Below are positions 1 through 12,481 of a stretch of DNA of 64,000 nt, one piece after another. Source of the DNA: Macrostomum lignano. Taxonomy: Eukaryota. A program made the position numbers and the translations under genes. The stretch covers positions 13,782 to 77,781 of the forward strand of contig NIVC01003765.1 in NCBI GenBank assembly GCA_002269645.1, read 5' to 3'. The notes below the pieces were generated by a model. That model did no database searches. It was not told the origin of the DNA and saw nothing but the letters and a program-made list of their open reading frames with translations. Positions within the stretch are counted from its first letter, which is position 1. The number at the start of each line of letters is the position of its first letter.

Positions 1-55
1 TTGAGTAGTGGGATTCGACCAAGGCTAAATCTCCAGTCCCAACTCGTGCCCCCAG

Positions 56-3000
56 ACTCCAAGTGGACGTCAGCGAGTGGCAACCGCCAGGCCGGGAGAT
101 TTTCACCGTGGCGGCGGTCGGCGGCTGCCCCTCTGGCTACCGGCTTCTGGAGCCGCGGCCGCCCTTCCAGCTGCTGCCCAACGGCAGCCTGCTGCTGCAG
201 CCGCCCGGCCTGGACTTCGAGACCGGGCCGCGAACTCGCGACCTTCGAGTCAGCTGCGACGGCATTGCTAGCTCCTCCGTCCTGCTGGTGAGCATCGGCC
301 TGTTGAACGAGAACGACAACCCGCCCGACTGCGGCCGGCCCGCATCCGCCGCCGCCGCTTCCGGCCAGTCGGTGCCGGACAACCTCCGGCCGGGCGACCG
401 AATTGACAGCCTCGCCTGCGAGGACCCGGACGGCGGCCCGGTCGGCCTCACCTACGAGCTGGCGGGCCCCGCCGCCGAGCGGCTGTCGCTGGCGCCGTCC
501 ACCGGCCTGCTGACCGTCCGCCGAAGCATCAGCGACCTCGCCGGCAGCGGCATCGACCTGTCCGTCAGGGTGTGCGACTCCGACCTGCTGTGCTCGAACT
601 TCACCCGCCGCCTGCTGGTGCGGGACACCAACGATCACCGGCCCGCGCTGTCCCAGCCGGCGGGCTACTGGTTCCTGGTCAGCGAGGCCGCCCCCGTCGG
701 CTCGGTGGTCGGCCGCGTGGCAGCCTCCGACCCGGACCTCGGCGACAACGGGCGCGTCCGATTCCGATTTACAACGCCCAGCGACTACTTTGGCATCGAC
801 GCGGTGGACGGCGCTGTCCGAGTTCTGCAGCCGCTGGACAGGGAGGCCCAACCGGAGCATCTCCTGACTGTCGAGGCGGCCGACGCTGGCACACCCAAGT
901 CTCTCAGCGCTATCGCCCCTCTCAGCGTGCTCGTCTCCGATGTCAACGACGCCGCGCCGACATTCGGACAGCCGGCCTACCGTCTGCTTGCGGCCGGCCA
1001 CTCGCCGCTTGGTGCCGCTCTGGCGACTGTGTCCGCCACAGACGCTGACGCACCCGAATCTGGAGGCGGCGGCAACGGCGACACCCGATTTGCCGTGTCC
1101 GGTCCCGCGGCCGCTTTCCTGACCGTCCATCCGGTGACCGGCGTTGTCTCTGTAGCTGGCCAACTGGCGGACCTGGACAGTGGCGGCGTGTCCGGCCAGC
1201 TGACGGCCACCGATGGGGGCGGCCTGACCGGCTCGTCGTCCATCAGCCTGCAAACTGTGCCGTTCGACAATGTCGATGCCGATAATGACAATGTCGGTGG
1301 CGATGACCGTTCGGACGGCTGGCGCAACAGCAGCGTCAGTTTGGCCGTGAGCGAGTCCGCCAGCGTTGGTCACGTGATCGGCCGGATCTTCACGGAGTCG
1401 CAGGCGGCGGCCTACTTCACTGTGGTGCGGCCGGCTGACTCGGCGGTGGCGGTGGCCATCGACAACGGCCGGGTGCTGGTGAACCGCCGCCTAGACCGGG
1501 AGTCGGCCCCAGTCCACGCCTACCAGGTGCTGGTGACCGAGGCGGCTCAGCGAGGCCCCGGCCGGCCCCGCTCCTGCTGGGTGGCACTCGAGGTCCGCGT
1601 TCTGGACGAGAACGACAACTGGCCGGTGTTCGCCGATGCCGCACCCGCGGTGACCGTGCCGGAGTCACTGCCCGCTGGCTCCCCGCTGTACCGCTTCTTT
1701 GCCGCCGATCCCGACACTGGACCCAACGGCACCGTCCGGTTCCGCCTGGCATTCGACCGACTTGCCGACTTTCTCTGGCTGCACCCGGTGTCCGGTCAGC
1801 TGTACACCAAGCGCAGCCTGGTTAGCATGGCAACCGCTAACAACAGCTTCGAGGTGGCCGCGGTGGCCACCGACCTGTGCGCCGGCCCGCCCGATTGTCG
1901 CAGGCGGCGTCACGCGGTGCTTCGCGTCCAACTCGTCCGCGATGTTAACAACTGGGCGCCGCAGTTCCGGCTGGGCGAGGGCGCCTTCTTCCTGCCCAGC
2001 GACCCGGCCGGCCGCATCGTGGGCCACCTGGAGTTGGCCGACCCGGACCCGGGCCCGGCCGGACTGGCTGCTCGGTTCCGCTGGAAGGCGGACGCTTCGG
2101 CCGGTCGGGCAGTCAGCATCGACTCGCTCGGCCTGGTGCGGCTTGCCGTGCCCGGCTCCGAGGCGGCTGCTGCGGCGGCGGCTGCAGCGGCCGCGGCTGC
2201 GTCTTCAACGGTGCAGCATCGGCTGCAGCTGCGACTCAACGTCAGCGTCGAGGACGCCGGCGCGGTGCCCCGCTCGGACTGGCGCCTTGTCGGCCTGCCA
2301 CTGCTGCCCGACGGCTCCGAGTCCGACTCGGCCGGCTTCTCCCAGCCCGCCTACCTGGCCAGCCTGTCCACTGCCGCGCCGCCCGGCCAGGAAGTCGCCC
2401 AACTAGCTGCCAGGAGCCGCTCCGCCCGAGTGTCCCGCCTGCAGCAGTCGGCCGCGGACCGGTTCGGCCTGCCCTCCGGCCTGTTCGACGACCTGTTCCT
2501 GGTTGACTCGGCCACCGGCCAGGTTCGGTTGTCCCGGACACTGCATCCGGACAGCAGGGATTTCTACTCTGTGACCGCGCTGCTGCGCGAGCCCGACGGC
2601 CAGCTGGCGGACACCTGCCTCATCACCGTGAGCCTGCAGGACGAGAATCTGCACTCGCCGGAGTTCGCCGAGCTCGAGTACTTCACCGAGGTGCCCGAGG
2701 GCCAGGCCTTCGCCGACTTGATCACCGTGACCGCGCACGACCCCGACCGCGGCCCCGCCGGCCGGCTTGTCTACTCCATCGACGGCGATGACGCTCTGAG
2801 CCGCTTCATCCTCGACCCGAGCAGCGGCCGCCTGTCCTGCTCGGCGCTCGACTACCCGAGGCCGCCGCGCGGCCCGGCTAGCCCGCGCTATCATCATCGG
2901 ATTCGCGTCGTAGCCACGGACGGTGGCGGCCGCACCGGGACCGCTCTGGTGCTGGTCCGGGTTCTGCCGGCCAACCGGTTCGCCCCGGTGTTCCGGGAGA

Positions 3001-3242
3001 GCCGCTACTCGGCCCGCCTGCCCGAGCTCGCCCCGCCCGGCCACCTGCTGCTCGCCGTGTCCGCCTGGGACCGCGAGGACGGCGACCGGCTCGCCTATCG
3101 CGTCGTATCGCAGTCCGGAGGTGCGGCGGCCGGTCTGTTCAGCGTCCACCCGGCCACTGGGGAGCTGCGGCTGGCCATTCCGGTCGATCGGGAGAAACTG
3201 GCCTTCGTGTCCATCACTGTGGCCGCCACCGACTCCAGCGAG
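56..3242 (+). CDS. ds: Dachsous-like protocadherin, large internal exon (cadherin repeats); gene begins upstream of window
   Basis: ORF 63..3305 carries serial cadherin motifs (NENDNPP, DTNDHRP, LDRE, DVNDAAP, DENDNWP, DENLHSP). In-frame stop at 6-8, acceptor cccag at 51-55, donor GT at 3243; joins next exon in phase 0 (ATDSSE|VNPMS). Confidence 0.85.
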
Positions 3243-3269
3243 GTGCGCACTGGTTTTCATAGTGACCCC

Positions 3270-3640
3270 CTATCCACCCATACAATCGCCCCTATCCTCC
3301 CATAGAATCTCTTCCTATCCGCCCAAAGAATCGCCCTTTCCGCCCATAGAACCACCCCCTATCCGCCCATAGAATCTCTTCCTATCCGCCCAAAGAATCG
3401 CCCTTTCCGCCCATAGAACCACCCCCTATCCGCCCATAGAATCTCTTCCTATCCGCCCAAAGAATCGCCCTTTCCGCCCATAGAACCACCCCCTATCCGC
3501 CCATAGAACCGCCCCCTATCCTACCATAGAATCTCTTCCTATCCGCCCAAAGAATCGCCCCTTTCCGCCCATAGAACCACCCCCTATCCGCCCATAAAAT
3601 CGCCCCTTTCCGCCTATAGAATTGCCCATAGAATAGCCCC
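3270..3640. repeat. Intronic minisatellite, 67-bp unit made of ~22-bp subunits
   Basis: catagaatct recurs at 3301, 3368 and 3435. Confidence 0.85.
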
Positions 3641-3702
3641 CTTCCAATGATCGCATTGCCTAGTATTTATCCGGAGTCTTTGTCCCCGCATACTGCGCGC
3701 AG

Positions 3703-4255
3703 GTAAACCCGATGTCCGCCCTGGTGAGCGTTGACGTCGAGATTGTGGACCAGAACGACCACCGGCCCGAGTTCGCGTCGGCCTTCTACTCGGCGCGGCC
3801 GGCCGGCCCCGGCCCCCTGCTGACCCTGCGCGCCACTGACCGGGACTCGAGCGCCGCGAACAGCCGCCTGACCTACAGCCTGGCCGAGCCGGACAGCGCC
3901 AGCCACGCCGTCACTGTGGATCCGGATAGCGGCCTGGTCAGTCTCGGACAGTCGGCCTTGCCAAACTCCCGACTGATTCGAGTGCGCGCGTCCGACTCCG
4001 GCCTTCCGGCTGCCCTGACGGCCGAGACCGCCATTCTGCTGCTGCCGGCGACATCCAAGCCGGCGCTGCTGTTCGACCGAAACTTTACCGGCAGCATCGC
4101 CGAGAACTCCGCAGCGGGCACCTGCCTGACTGCGGCCGGCACTGCTCAGTGCCTGATGGTGACAGCTCGGGTTGAAGGTGGCGACGCTGAGGATGTTCTC
4201 TACGACATCGTTGGTGGCAACGAGGACGGCCTGTTCTGCATCAACTCGGAGTCTG
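3703..4255 (+). CDS. ds: Dachsous-like protocadherin exon
   Basis: Acceptor AG 3701-3702, donor GTGAG at 4256; cadherin motif VDQNDHRPEF; phase-1 junction to next exon (INSES-G-RISV). Confidence 0.85.
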
Positions 4256-4279
4256 GTGAGGCTTCTTGCTGACACATTA

Positions 4280-4712
4280 GTGTTACAGAGTGTTGAAACA
4301 GTAGTGTTACAGGGTGCTGACAGTAATATTACAGGGTGCTGACACAGTTGTGTTACAGGGTGCTGACACAGTAGTGTTACAGGGTGCTGACACAGTAGTG
4401 TTACAGGGTGCTGACACAGTAGTGTTACAGGGTGCTGATACAGTAGTGTTACAGGGTGCTGACACAGTAGTGTTACAGGGTGCTGACACAGTAGTGTTAC
4501 AGGGTGCTGACACAGTAGTGTTACAGGGTGCTGACACAGTAGTGTTACAGGGCGCTGACACAGTAGTGTTACAGGGCGCTGACACAGTAGTGTTACAGGG
4601 TGCTGACACGGTAGTATTGCAGGGCGCTGACACAGTAGTGTTACAGGGTGCTGATACAGTAATATTACAGGGTGCTGACGCAGTAGTGTTACAGGGTGCT
4701 GACACAGCAGTT
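4280..4712. repeat. Intronic 24-bp minisatellite (acagtagtgttacagggtgctgac)n
   Basis: About 17-18 direct copies visible. Confidence 0.95.
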
Positions 4713-5815
4713 TAAAGCTCGTACTTTTACTTCATTTCAATTGTATTTGGCAAATTTTCAATTTGCTTTCCAAGTTTCGCCCGTCTATATTTCAGAGTGC
4801 AATTTATTTACTATAAAGGCCCCTGAGTGAGTCGCTTCTTTCTGCCTGAGCACACTGCAGCCCCCGCCCATATCCTGCCCAAGTTTCCCAGCGCTCTGTT
4901 CCCCGCTCCTGCAGCTTATTGAAAAAGGGCTGCATTATCCCGCCCCGATTCCGCAGCCCAGTGGTTTCCCACGCCTCATAAGCTCTCCCGGGCTTCTCAA
5001 GTTTCCCCTCCCCCGTCTCTGTCTGTTGCTCAGACAAAGACTATTAAAAAAAAGCTCCTAGTCTGAGCCAAGGACGCCTTAGGCTAGAAATCTGGATTGG
5101 AAGTAATTAATCGCCGGTTAAGAATTTTTATCTAGCTAGTTAATATTTTAGGGTCTGCTTCTTCACTGAGTTGAACTGGATAGTGGATAGTCTTGTATAA
5201 GGTTTGTGCCTGTCTGTATTTCTCTGTTTGTGTTTGTGTTTATCCAAAGTGGGGTGGTGGGGAGTCGGATGAGCCGGGCTCGCACTGCTGTGTGTGTGGG
5301 CCTGTTCATTAATTTGTCATGTATCCAGCTGAGAGACGGACTCAAAATACTCAAAACAACAGTTGCAACCTTGGGGCTGATCTGAGAAAATGCCTGCGAA
5401 GTTTCGTAGTCACGCAATGTAGTGAGTGAACTCAGAGATCTAACTGCCTACTCAGCTATGCTAGGCATATGGCTGCAACCCGAAAGTTGAGAACTACTGC
5501 TCACTATTTCTCAGGTGGTTGGTAGAGATTGTGGCCAGAGTGAGTCAGGCAGTTTCAGCTTGGAAAGAGAGGAGCTGAGAAGCCTGAGCGGATGCTGGGT
5601 GGACAAAAATGGAGGAACTTGAAACCACTTCAAACAGGAACTTGGGGCGGTGGGTTGGGGTAGGGCTTGACTGACTGAATGACTCCATGCTGGTGGGACA
5701 TTGGCAAGGGTCATTCTGTGGCTCCCTTTGGCTGTAGGACTTGATGTTAGATTAAGAATAGAAAATAGAAATGAAAAAATAATTTCATTCTATTTAAATT
5801 AAGTTTAACCAAGGT

Positions 5816-6023
5816 GCCCAGCGGTAGCGCAGCTGCTCTGGTGTGCCAGCGAAATTCCAAGCAGTCACAGGGTCTGAGGGTCTCGGCTTGGCTCTGCTCG
5901 CAAGGCCTTGGCCAACCCCCCGCTCAGTGGTGTACATGCCTAAGATTCTTCCGCTCACACTCTGTGTGAGTGTGTGCCTGCGTACGTATCCGCGCGCTTG
6001 TATGCCTGCTCAGGGGAGTCGGC
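5816..6023 (+). mobile_element. Degenerate copy of tRNA-derived SINE
   Basis: Collinear with 31403-31752 (gcccagcggtagcgcagctgctctggtgtgccagcga ... gtgtgagtgtgtgcctgcgtacgtatccgcgcgct ... caggggagtcggc), with many small deletions. Confidence 0.7.
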
Positions 6024-6059
6024 CCTGAGCATCAGCTCATGAGGGTCAGCCCCCAAGGC

Positions 6060-6638
6060 CAGGGGTTCGGCAAACTCCGGCCCGCAAAGCCTCTCTATCC
6101 GGCCCTCGGGTCCTTTGAAACTTTACAATAGCAATCCGGCCCGCTCAAGGTTGGTGTCTCTTCTAAGTGCTCTCCTCTCATCTCATCTCATCTTATCTCT
6201 CCTCTCCTCTCATCTCCTCTCTTCTCTCTCCTCTCATCTCCTCCTCTCATCTCCTCTCTCCTCTCATCTCCTCTCTCCTCTCGTCTCCTCTCTCCTCTCA
6301 TCTCCTATCTCCTCTAATCGCATCTCATCTCCTCTCTCCTCTAATCGCATGTCATCTCCTCTTTCCTTTCATCTCCTCTCCTCTCCTACCATATAATCTC
6401 CTCTCTCATCTCATCTCATCTCATCTCTCTCATCTCTCATCTCTCCTCACTTCTCTCTCTTATATTTTATCTCATCTCTTCTCTCATGTCGCCTCTTATC
6501 TCTCCAACTATTTTGTCATCTCTCATCTCCCCTTTCTTCTCTCTCCCCCATTCCATCTCCTTTCCACTCTCATTTGGCCCGCAGCAATCATCAAGACTTT
6601 ATCTGGCCCTTAAGGTAAAAAGTTTGCGACAACTGCTG
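6060..6638. mobile_element. Possible old hAT/Charlie-type MITE containing a CT microsatellite
   Basis: Left end caggggttcggcaaactccggcccgc and degenerate right end ggccc...aaaaagtttgcgacaactgctg resemble Charlie-type termini; no 8-bp TSD found. Confidence 0.35.
6165..6570. repeat. Pyrimidine-rich (tctcc/tctca) low-complexity tract
   Basis: Direct inspection. Confidence 0.9.
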
Positions 6639-6929
6639 TAGTCGGTGGGTGACTAATGAATCATGATCCACAGATGGGCACAGCCAACATCATTAGTACC
6701 GTGTAAATAGCTAACTAATGATGCTCGGAGCAACCGAGCGAGCCACCTGCCAAGGTGAACAGGATGAAATTGCAGCCGGCGTGCATTCAGAATCATCCCA
6801 CAAATTTCTGTGATCCGCGAGGCAGTGCAAATGCAGATGACCATGCACAATTAGCCTATGAAGCCGCTTGGCTTAGCAGCCAGGATAATAAGATGCGGTT
6901 TTACAATGCCGATATTCGGCCTGCCTGTC

Positions 6930-7165
6930 GGTAAGAGGCGTCCGACTTTCGCGCCACGACCCCTGGTGCGCAGGCCACATTCATTTGGGGCTTGTGTTCA
7001 CGAAAATTGGCCAGCTATGAGGGCCAGCCCCAAGGCGCAGGGAGTGAACATGCCTGACGATAAAAAAGCCGTCCTCAGGCTTTTTAATCGCTCATGCAGG
7101 GTGTACATCGGCCCTCTAATTGTTAGGTATGTGAATCGCACAACACCCCCACTCCGCTCCATCAC
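6930..7165 (+). mobile_element. Diverged SINE-related element
   Basis: Shares blocks with the 31403 SINE: cacatt(c/a)atttggggc, gcca.ccccaaggcgcag...acatgcct.acgata, and a similar 3' ca(a)c(a)cccccact block. Confidence 0.5.
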
Positions 7166-7217
7166 TAATAACAGTTCTTGAGTATATCCTGTGGCTCTAC
7201 TGATTGCCTCCTCCCAG

Positions 7218-8169
7218 GTCGCATCTCGGTAGCGGCCGGTTCAGCTCGTCCTGATTTCGAGACCCGCCAGCGGCACCTGCTGGTGGTCGCCGCTCGCCTG
7301 GCCAGCCGCCAGGAGGCCGCCCTGGCCACGGTCCAAGTTCGAGTCCTGAACGTGGACGACTGTGCGCCAGTGTTCGCCCAGCGCGAGCTGTCCGCGGTGC
7401 TGGAGGAGAAGACTCCGGTTGGCGCCCCGGTGGCGCGGGCCTCGGCTGCCGACTGCGACAGCCCAGTCAAGTACCGCCTGGCCGGCCCCGCCTCCGACAC
7501 CTTCGCCGTTGACGAGGACTCCGGCCAGGTGCTGGTGAAATCGCCGCCTGACTACAGCCACCGCAGCCGGCACGATGTCACCGTGCTGGCCGTGTCAGTG
7601 CACAACCCGCTGCAGACCGACCGCTGCTTCCTGACTGTCCGCATCGTCAACAAGAACAACCAGAAGCCGCTGCTGCAGCCGCCGCCTCCGGTGCACCTCG
7701 CGACCGCTGTTGCCCAGCCCGGCAGTCTCTTGGCCCAGCTGCGAGCCACCGACCTCGACGGCTATCCGCCGATCTCCTACAGTGTGCACGCGTTGCCATG
7801 GCAACAGCAACACCGGCTGCCGGTTGCTATCGGCCTGTTCACTGGCCAGCTCTGGCTGACCGACCGGCCCGCGCCCGGCTTCTACCTGCTGCAGGTCACC
7901 GCCAGCGACTCGTTGCACTCAGTGTCGCAGAATCTCTCCGTCATCGTTGAGCCGCCAGCTGGTTGGCTGAGATTCTCCCGGCCGCTGTTCGCCTTCTCCG
8001 TGCCCGCCTCCGGCGAGGCCGCCGCGTCCTCCAAGCCCATCGGCCGGCTGGAGTTTGACGGTGGCGCTGGTGGCGGCGGCAGCGGCCTGCGGATTGTCGG
8101 CACCGACCGGGACGCCGATGAGGCGCGACGGTTGTTCCGGTTGGATGAGCACGGCGGAGTCTATCTTAG
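7218..8169 (+). CDS. ds: Dachsous-like protocadherin exon
   Basis: Acceptor ctcccag 7211-7217, donor GT 8170; motifs NVDDCAPVF, PPDY, NKNNQKP; phase-2 junction gives GGVYLR|QPISRR. Confidence 0.85.
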
Positions 8170-8980
8170 GTGTGTGGGGTGTGGGACGGCGGAGTCTGAC
8201 TCAGGTGTGTGGGGTGTGGGATTTGTGGTGTGGGACGGCGGAGTTTATCTCAGGTGTGTGGGGTGTGGGACGGCGGAGTCTGATTCAGGTGTGTGGGGTG
8301 TGGGATTTGTGGTGTGGGACGGCGGAGTTTATCTCAGGTGTGTGGGGTGTGGGACGGCGGAGTCTGACTCAGGTGTGTGGGGTGTGGGATTTGTGGTGTG
8401 GGACGGCGGAGTTTATCTCAGGTGTGTGGGGTGTGGGACGGCGGAGTCTGATTCAGGTGTGTGGGGTGTGGGATTTGTGGTGTGGGACGGCGGAGTTTAT
8501 CTCAGGTGTGTGGGGTGTGGGACGGCGGAGTCTGATTCAGGTGTGTGGGGTGTGGGATTTGTGGTGTGGGACGGCGGAGTTTATCTCAGGTGTGTGGGGT
8601 GTGGGACGGCGGAGTCTGATTCAGGTGTGTGGGGTGTGGGATTTGTGGTGTGGGACGGCGGAGTTTATCTCAGGTGTGTGGGGTGTGGGACGGCGGAGTC
8701 TGACTCAGGTGTGTGGGGTGTGGGATTTGTGGTGTGGGACGGCGGAGTTTATCTCAGGTGTGTGGGGTGTGGGACGGCGGAGTCTGACTCAGGTGTGTGG
8801 GGTGTGGGATTTGTGGTGTGGGACGGCGGAGTTTATCTCAGGTGTGTGGGGTGTGGGACGGCGGAGTCTGATTCAGGTGTGTGGGGTGTGGGATTTGGAG
8901 TGTGGGACGGCGGAGTTTATCTCAGGTGTGTGGGGTGTGGGACGGCGGAGTCTATCTCAGGTGTGTGGGGTGTGGGATAT
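8150..8980 (+). repeat. 84-bp GT-rich minisatellite duplicating the exon end and splice donor
   Basis: Period 84 (8160 to 8244), about 9.5 copies; the unit contains ggcggagtttatctcag|gtgtgt, matching the true exon end ggcggagtctatcttag|gtgtgt. Confidence 0.95.
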
Positions 8981-9041
8981 CTGAATCAATGCCGGGTTTG
9001 TGGCTCTAAGCGGTCCCACCATCCCCGCCGGTCATCTGCAG

Positions 9042-9492
9042 GCAGCCGATCAGCCGGCGCGGCGACCACGTGTTCGCAGTCCGGGCCGGGCCCGACACCG
9101 CCGACTCCGCGGCCAGCGACTTCGCCACTGTGCGCGTGACCGCCGTGTCGATAAACCGGCGGCCGCCGACTCTGCGGCTGCTGCCGGCCGGCGAGCAACT
9201 CGACAGCTCCTCGTCACCATGGCAACTGGCCGTGCCGGAGGACGCCAAGCCGGGCAGCCGAGTTGGCCGGCTGGTCTGCTCGGACCCGGAATCCGGCCCG
9301 CTGGTTTCTATCAGCCTGGTTGCCATGGCAACGCCTGCGGATTCCGGCTCACCTCCCCTGGCCGTGGTGGCGCATACTGGGCAGCTGGTGCTGAACCGGC
9401 CGCTGGACCGGGAGCTGGCGGCCTCCTGGCGGCTGACGGCGGTCTGCGAGGACAACGGCCAGCCACGGCTGACTGCCTCGGCAGAGCTGACG
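9042..9492 (+). CDS. ds: Dachsous-like protocadherin exon
   Basis: Acceptor ctgcag ending 9041, donor GTGAG 9493; LDRE motif; phase-0 join SAELT|LEVTDVNDNAPEF. Confidence 0.85.
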
Positions 9493-9689
9493 GTGAGGAA
9501 CGGCGGCACTCTGAAAGGGGGGGTTGATGAAACTCTGAGCAAATGCAGCCTGCGGATGGAGTTTCACAGCTTCACTCCGGAGTGTCGGTTACCGGGTATT
9601 GGTTTGTGGGTAGCGGGTTCCAATCCAGTAGCAAGTCTTTGGGTACTGCGTTTTTGGTATTAGGTATTTGTCTTAGGGTATCGGGCACC

Positions 9690-10250
9690 TGTCTTTTCAG
9701 GTATCTGTCTTTAGGCATCAGGTACTTGTCTTTGAATATCGGTTGTCTGTCTTTGGGTATTGGTTGTCTGTCTTTGGGTATTGGTTGTCTGTCTTTGGGT
9801 ATTGGTTGTCTGTCTTTGCGTATCGTCTGTCTGTCTTTGAGTATCGGTCACCTGTCGTTGGGTTTCGGGCACCTGTCTTTGGGTATCGAGCGCATGTCTT
9901 TGGATATAGGGTATCTGTCTTTGGGTATCGGGCACCTGTCTTTGGGTATCGAGCGCATGTCTTTGGGTATAGGGTATCTGTCTTTGGGTATCGGGCACCT
10001 GTCTTTAGGTATATGGTATCTGTCTTTGGGTATCGGGCACCTGTCTTTGGGTATATGGTGTCTGTCTTTGCGTATCGTCTGTCTGTCTTTGAGTATCGGT
10101 CACCTGTCGTTGGGTTTCGGGCACCTGTCTTTGGGTATCGAGCGCATGTCTTTGGGTATAGGGTATCTGTCTTTGGGTATCGGGCACCTGTCTTTGGGTA
10201 TCGAGCACCTGTCTTTGGGTATCGGCTGTCTGGCTTTGGGTATCGGTTAG
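9690..10250. repeat. Intronic 21-bp minisatellite (ctgtctttgggtatcgggcac)n
   Basis: Degenerate tandem copies with higher-order blocks. Confidence 0.9.
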
Positions 10251-10709
10251 TTATTTTGGGCACCGATTACCAGTAGATCAACGGCTTGACAAAGTAACAA
10301 GCTTTTATGTCGCATTTTTACGGATCGATTTCCCTGCCCTAAGTGCACGCAACCTGCATAAAAATGATTGGTCCTGTGTCTTATCTCCCAAATGCTATCC
10401 TTTTACATTTCCCATTTAGCAAGGATTAAATCTGCATTCATTTCTCGTAACTTTGACTTTGACTTTTAACCGCGAGGCGTGTTTCATGGGAGGCGGCCAT
10501 TAAAAGGCGGAGCGGACCAGCCCTTGCATTTTTAGCTTTGCGCGCCTGAATGCCAAAGACGGGGGTTGGGGTAATATTTCACTCAGTCTGTGCCGTGCAA
10601 CACGCAGGACTTCTAGACCTTCCCTGGACTGGGAGCAGGGCCACAGTTTCAAATATAAAGTGGTTAATGTTTTCTATGATGTGAAGTTTCGAAGTTCCGA
10701 AGGTTCCTT

Positions 10710-11068
10710 TTTGTGAAGATTCTAGTTTGTGAAGATTCCAGCTTGTGAAGATTGCAGTGCATTCACAGTTTGAGAAGATTCCAGTTTGTGAAGATTCCAG
10801 TTTGTGAAGGGTCCAGTTTGTGAATATTCCAGTTTGTGAAGATTCCAGTTTGTAAAGATTCCAGTTTGTGAAGGCTCTAGTTTGTGAAGATTCCAGTTTA
10901 TGAATATTCTAGTTTGTGAAGATTCCAGTTTGTGAAGATTCCAGTTTGTGAAGATTACAGTTTGTGAAGATTCCAGTTTGTGAAGATTCCAGTTTGTGAA
11001 GATTCCAGTTTGTGAAGATTCCAGTTTGTGAAGGATCCAGTTTGTGAAGATTCCAGTTTGTGAAGCTC
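10710..11068. repeat. Intronic 16-bp minisatellite (gtttgtgaagattcca)n
   Basis: About 20 tandem copies. Confidence 0.9.
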
Positions 11069-11739
11069 ACTTCCAGTCCAGGTTTCGTGGAGTTTCGCAG
11101 TCCCTGCGCCATGGCACAGGGTTAGTTTATAGATAAGCTAAGCTTGAGGGTTCAAAAGAAGCAGTGCACAGTGTCCGGTTTCGGGGCCGCTCCTCTCTTG
11201 CCGATGCAGCGCCGAGCCTAAATGCGCAAGAACTGACAGGAAAATTATGGTATCGAAATAGCGGGGCCCGGAGCACCGGCTGCAGTTCTGCATTGGCGTG
11301 AATTTCTTCTCTAACCTCACTTTCGACTGACTCAGCTCAAGCCTGCAGTGTACAGCTGGTGTGCTCGATCCCAGGCCTAATCCCGTGCTTTCTGCGCAGT
11401 CTTATCCCCTTCCTGCGTGTTTAGAGATCCCGTATTCCCATGCCTTAGCGCTGGTCCCGTGTCAGCTGTCACTCCAAAATCTGGGTCTGTCTGTGTTGAA
11501 TTTGCGGCAGAAACACGGCTAAGGAAAAGTGCACCATGGACGCCTAGATTCCATGCATCTGGAGTCTGGCATGCAAACTTGTCACCGAGTTAGCCGGGTT
11601 CGGTTCCGCACAGAGTGCCAGTTCGCATCTGTTCAAATGTTTGACAAAATGAAACAGCAGCGTCTCCACCCAACTCTATACACTGTTGAGCCTCTCTGTA
11701 CCGAAGAAGTTGCAAGAGTCTGCAGAGAAATGAGGGAGA

Positions 11740-11882
11740 GGAGATAAAGAAGAGAGAGTGGGAGAGAAGAGAGGGAGAGGAGAGAGGGAGAGGAGAGAGG
11801 GAGAGGAGAGAGAGGTGGGAGGGGAGAGGAGAGGAGAGGAGAGAGAGGTGGGAGAGAAGAGAGAGAGAGGAGAGAGAGGAGG
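11740..11882. repeat. GA-rich low-complexity tract
   Basis: Direct inspection. Confidence 0.85.
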
Positions 11883-12481
11883 GGGAACTCCATGTTTGCA
11901 AGTACAATGTTCGACAATTGATAGTCTTGAAATCTTAAGAATCCCAATAAGGATTAAAACGCTATTGATATTAATATTTGATGCATCATGTAACACAAAC
12001 CCAGGTCTAAGGAGCTGGCATTCCAGACCCCAGGCCGAGAGCTCCGTGGCTCGGTCGCCTCTTTCCCCTGAATCGGACGCCTCTTTCCTAGGCCAGGAAT
12101 TCTTCCCTTATCCATTGTGTGCCCTGTCTAGATTTGCTGTTAGAAACTGTGTCTCCGGTAACGTCTGTGAAAGCATTTCCGAAAATGTAAAGCAAAGAAA
12201 TGCAACTCGACTTCTGCCGGCGCTGTCTGCTTTTCGAAGAGAAAAGTCTGTCAGTTTTGTTTTAATTGGTAGCAGAAATCTCCATTTTTGCGGCGGTCCG
12301 GCCGATTTCGGGCTCTGGTCATTCGCGGCTCTGAAACTCGCTGCGGAAACATTGCGTCTGGCGCAATTGGCCCGCTGCTAGCTTGCTGTGATCTGCGTGT
12401 TCACCTTTATGTTGGGTTTTTAAACACTTAATATCTGCTTGTTAATTATCACCTCTTGCTATCGATGTCTTCATTTTTCTC

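Noticed and set aside
63-3305. Single 1080-aa ORF as a complete gene
   Set aside because: It is an internal exon; the last ~20 codons run into intron sequence past the donor at 3243, and the GTG start is not a real initiation site.
4798-5440. Possible LTR in a ds intron
   Set aside because: Has TATA/AATAAA-like motifs, but no TG…CA termini with a matching TSD could be defined.
7178-9139. 653-aa protein with Cys/Gly/Val repeats
   Set aside because: The repeat portion lies inside an intron with a phase-consistent 8169/9042 junction; kept only as a possible alternative-donor finding.
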